From the NCBI GenBank assembly GCA_009602725.1, contig WELB01000014.1, forward strand, positions 254,127 to 291,813: DNA of 37,687 nucleotides, given 5' to 3'. This DNA is from Spirogloea muscicola. Lineage: Eukaryota. The translations under genes and the position numbers were made by a program. The notes beneath the pieces are model-generated. The model searched no databases, was not told where the DNA came from, and saw only the letters and a list, made by a program, of their open reading frames with translations. Positions 35,501 through 37,687 of this stretch are shown here, piece by piece; the first letter of the stretch is position 1; every line of letters begins with the position of its first letter.

Positions 35501-36663
35501 CCTCCGTGTGAAGGACATCTTTGAAGCAGGTGTAGGAGGAGGCATCTGCTTGTCACTCCTAGGACTGACTGCTGTTGCCTCGACCTTCCTGGTCACAACA
35601 CCCTGCGGCTGCCTATCAAGCCCCTGAAGTTTGGCATTCCGTCTCTCCACTGAATCCATGGCTTCCACATCAACCTCCTGAAGCTCGTCAAAAGCTGCAG
35701 CACTGACTGAAAGTGCCAAGTCAAGCCGCCCTGCCTTTACTCTGAGTGGCAGATTCACAGTAATCTCAGCTGTCTTGTGCTTGACATGATCTGGCCATTG
35801 TCTGGCTGAATCAGTCCTTGCCGCAGACAGCACTCTGTCCACTTGAGGCACAGCAGCAGGAAGCACTTGATCCACGTGAGGCGCAACAACATCCACCTCC
35901 CTCACCTCCCCGTTCACAGCTTGTCGGAGCGGATCTGCGTGTGCCTGGACAACCAGTGCAAGGACATGTTGTTTAGAAAAGTGGAGAGGAGCTATTGTAT
36001 ACTGTTGGAGTCAAAAGAGTACATAGGATACACTAGCAACAAAGGTGATATCAATGGTAGATCATGACATTTTGGCATCAGCAATGTCCGCCAAGGTCAG
36101 TTGCTATAACTGACCTGAGCTTCCTCCAAGCCAAGGGCCTGGGGATTCCCGCCTCTAATTGCCGGCTCGCTCTGCACCTTCCGCTGCGACGCTGCTGCCA
36201 CATCATCCCGGCTTCCAGACACCTCCGGTTGCCGTTGCTTGATGGCAGAATGGCCTGGTCGGAGTATAGCCGGCTCTCCGCCACGAACCTGCAGCTTGAA
36301 TGTCTCCTTGTCCAGCTTGAGCCACTCCTCATCCCCATCGTCATAGACAACCCTGTGCTCCTGCCTCCTGCTGTTGTACGCCCTCACAACCCCAAAGAAA
36401 TACTTGGCCTCCATGGGCCAGAAGACTTTGATCCTGCGGCCCACAATCTTAGGGCCATCGCTAGGCGTGAGGCAAACTTGCTGCAAGGGCCCGGGCCGCT
36501 TGGATTGGGGCTTCTGGCACTCTGGGGCTGGTCGCTTGGCCCGCAGGACGCGGCGCTCCGTGTGGAGTTGAGCCTTGGCGTCAACGATGACCATCTCGGG
36601 CAGGACGGGCTGGCCGGGGAGCATGCTGCTCTCAGCATCGTGCCAAGGGGGCGCCACGGTCAT
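32535..36663 (-). CDS. Plant-type Enhancer-of-polycomb-like protein with N-terminal Tudor domain
   Basis: Exons ~36663-36115, 35944-34037, 33748-33310, 33115-32535, phase-consistent. Motifs: Tudor IVGRRIKVFWP...HRVVYDDGDEEWL, ANVLVIQSDRGWRE, WSLEFEDR, YDMDSDDEEWL, PLVRYFQ|PP, PPLFAFCLRPRGL, DAAMRKAVAAL. Start codon uncertain. Confidence 0.82.
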
Positions 36664-37144
36664 CGGCAGGCCCCACCGCCGCTGCCGGCCTGCAGGCGGG
36701 GGCGTTCCACCTAGATGTCGACGGAGTCGTCATCGTCGTCGCGCCGGCTCCGGCGCGGCCGACCGACGGCCCAGCGACGCGCGGCGGCGCGGGGAGGCGG
36801 CGGCAGCTCCGCCATGGCGGCCGGCAGGCGCAGATGAAGGGGCGGTGGTGATGGGTGTGGGGGGAGTGGCGGGAGAAAAGCCGTGGGAGGAGGGAGGTGG
36901 GGGGGAGGGGGGGTTGGAAACCTCGGCCCCCGGGTGGGGTGGGTGCCGCTGGCGCAGCAATCACGCTCCAAACAGGAGCCCCGCGAAATGCGCGCCCCTC
37001 TCGAAAATGACACCCTCGAAAATCCGTCGTCAAACCCTCCCCCCCCCGCGCCAATATCCCCGCCGGCGGCCCGCGGCGCCATTGGCCGGCGTGCGGCCCC
37101 CCCGCCGGCGGCCGCCACGTCGGCGGGCGCCCCGGGGTTTGCCC

Positions 37145-37687
37145 CCTCGCCAGCCCCTCTTCTCTATGGGCGCGCACTTCTTACCTCGCTCGCCGCCTGC
37201 GCGTGTGAGCGCGCCCCCGCCACGGCCGTGGTAAAAAGAAAGAAATTGCCCGCCCACAGAGGGTAGGGGCTGGGAAAGAAGAAGAAGTGGCTCTCCCTGT
37301 GTGTGTCGCTGCTTAGCTCGTAGTTTTGGCCCCTTCGAACCTTGTCAATTCTTTTCGGGCTGGCTTCTCACAGCCCTTGCCCTCATTGGGAGAGCCACTT
37401 CTTCCCAGTGGGGGCAAGGGCTGTGAGAAGTCAGCCCGAAAAGAATAGACAACGGTGCGAAGGGGCAAAAGCCAAATGACGGAGGAGCCTAAAGAGAAGT
37501 GGCTCTCCCAATGTAAGGTTTCGTGTATTTGAAACAAACGAACGCCAAATGGCCAAGTACAAAGGCAAGCACATCTTAAGACCTACATAACCTACAGTAG
37601 ATTGACCCGCTCAGAAACCACGGGTCAAAACATAAAGGTCGCTAACCGATGCCTGGATACTAGATGGCAGATACGAAGCCCTTCTGC
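37145..37687. mobile_element. Cluster of retrotransposon 3' fragments in both orientations, continuing past the window end
   Basis: UTR motifs at 37145-37185, 37260-37297 (-), 37324-37402 (+), 37403-37470 (-), and 37517-37687 (-, ...SDLYVLTRGF*). Confidence 0.7.

Overview
Eukaryotic nuclear DNA with spliceosomal introns. The plant-type housekeeping genes and TTTAGGG-like repeats suggest a green alga or early streptophyte (inference). There are two zones, joined at an N (23378). Left (1-23.3 kb) is repeat-rich: a spliced pseudogene of a secreted SBP56/methanethiol-oxidase-like beta-propeller, many nested 3' fragments of an RLE-type (CRE/Zepp-like) non-LTR retrotransposon, and a tandem duplication carrying two near-identical, intron-containing genes for a secreted PstS/DING-type phosphate-binding protein plus an orphan third promoter. 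Right (23.3-37.1 kb) is gene-dense: GlcNAc kinase, an 11-exon bacterial-type NADP isocitrate dehydrogenase with an N-terminal extension and a C-terminal PTS1 (SRL), TFIIH subunit TFB5, SERF, and a Tudor/Enhancer-of-polycomb-like gene. Family assignments come from motif recognition by eye, not from database searches. No tRNA, rRNA or CRISPR array was recognised.
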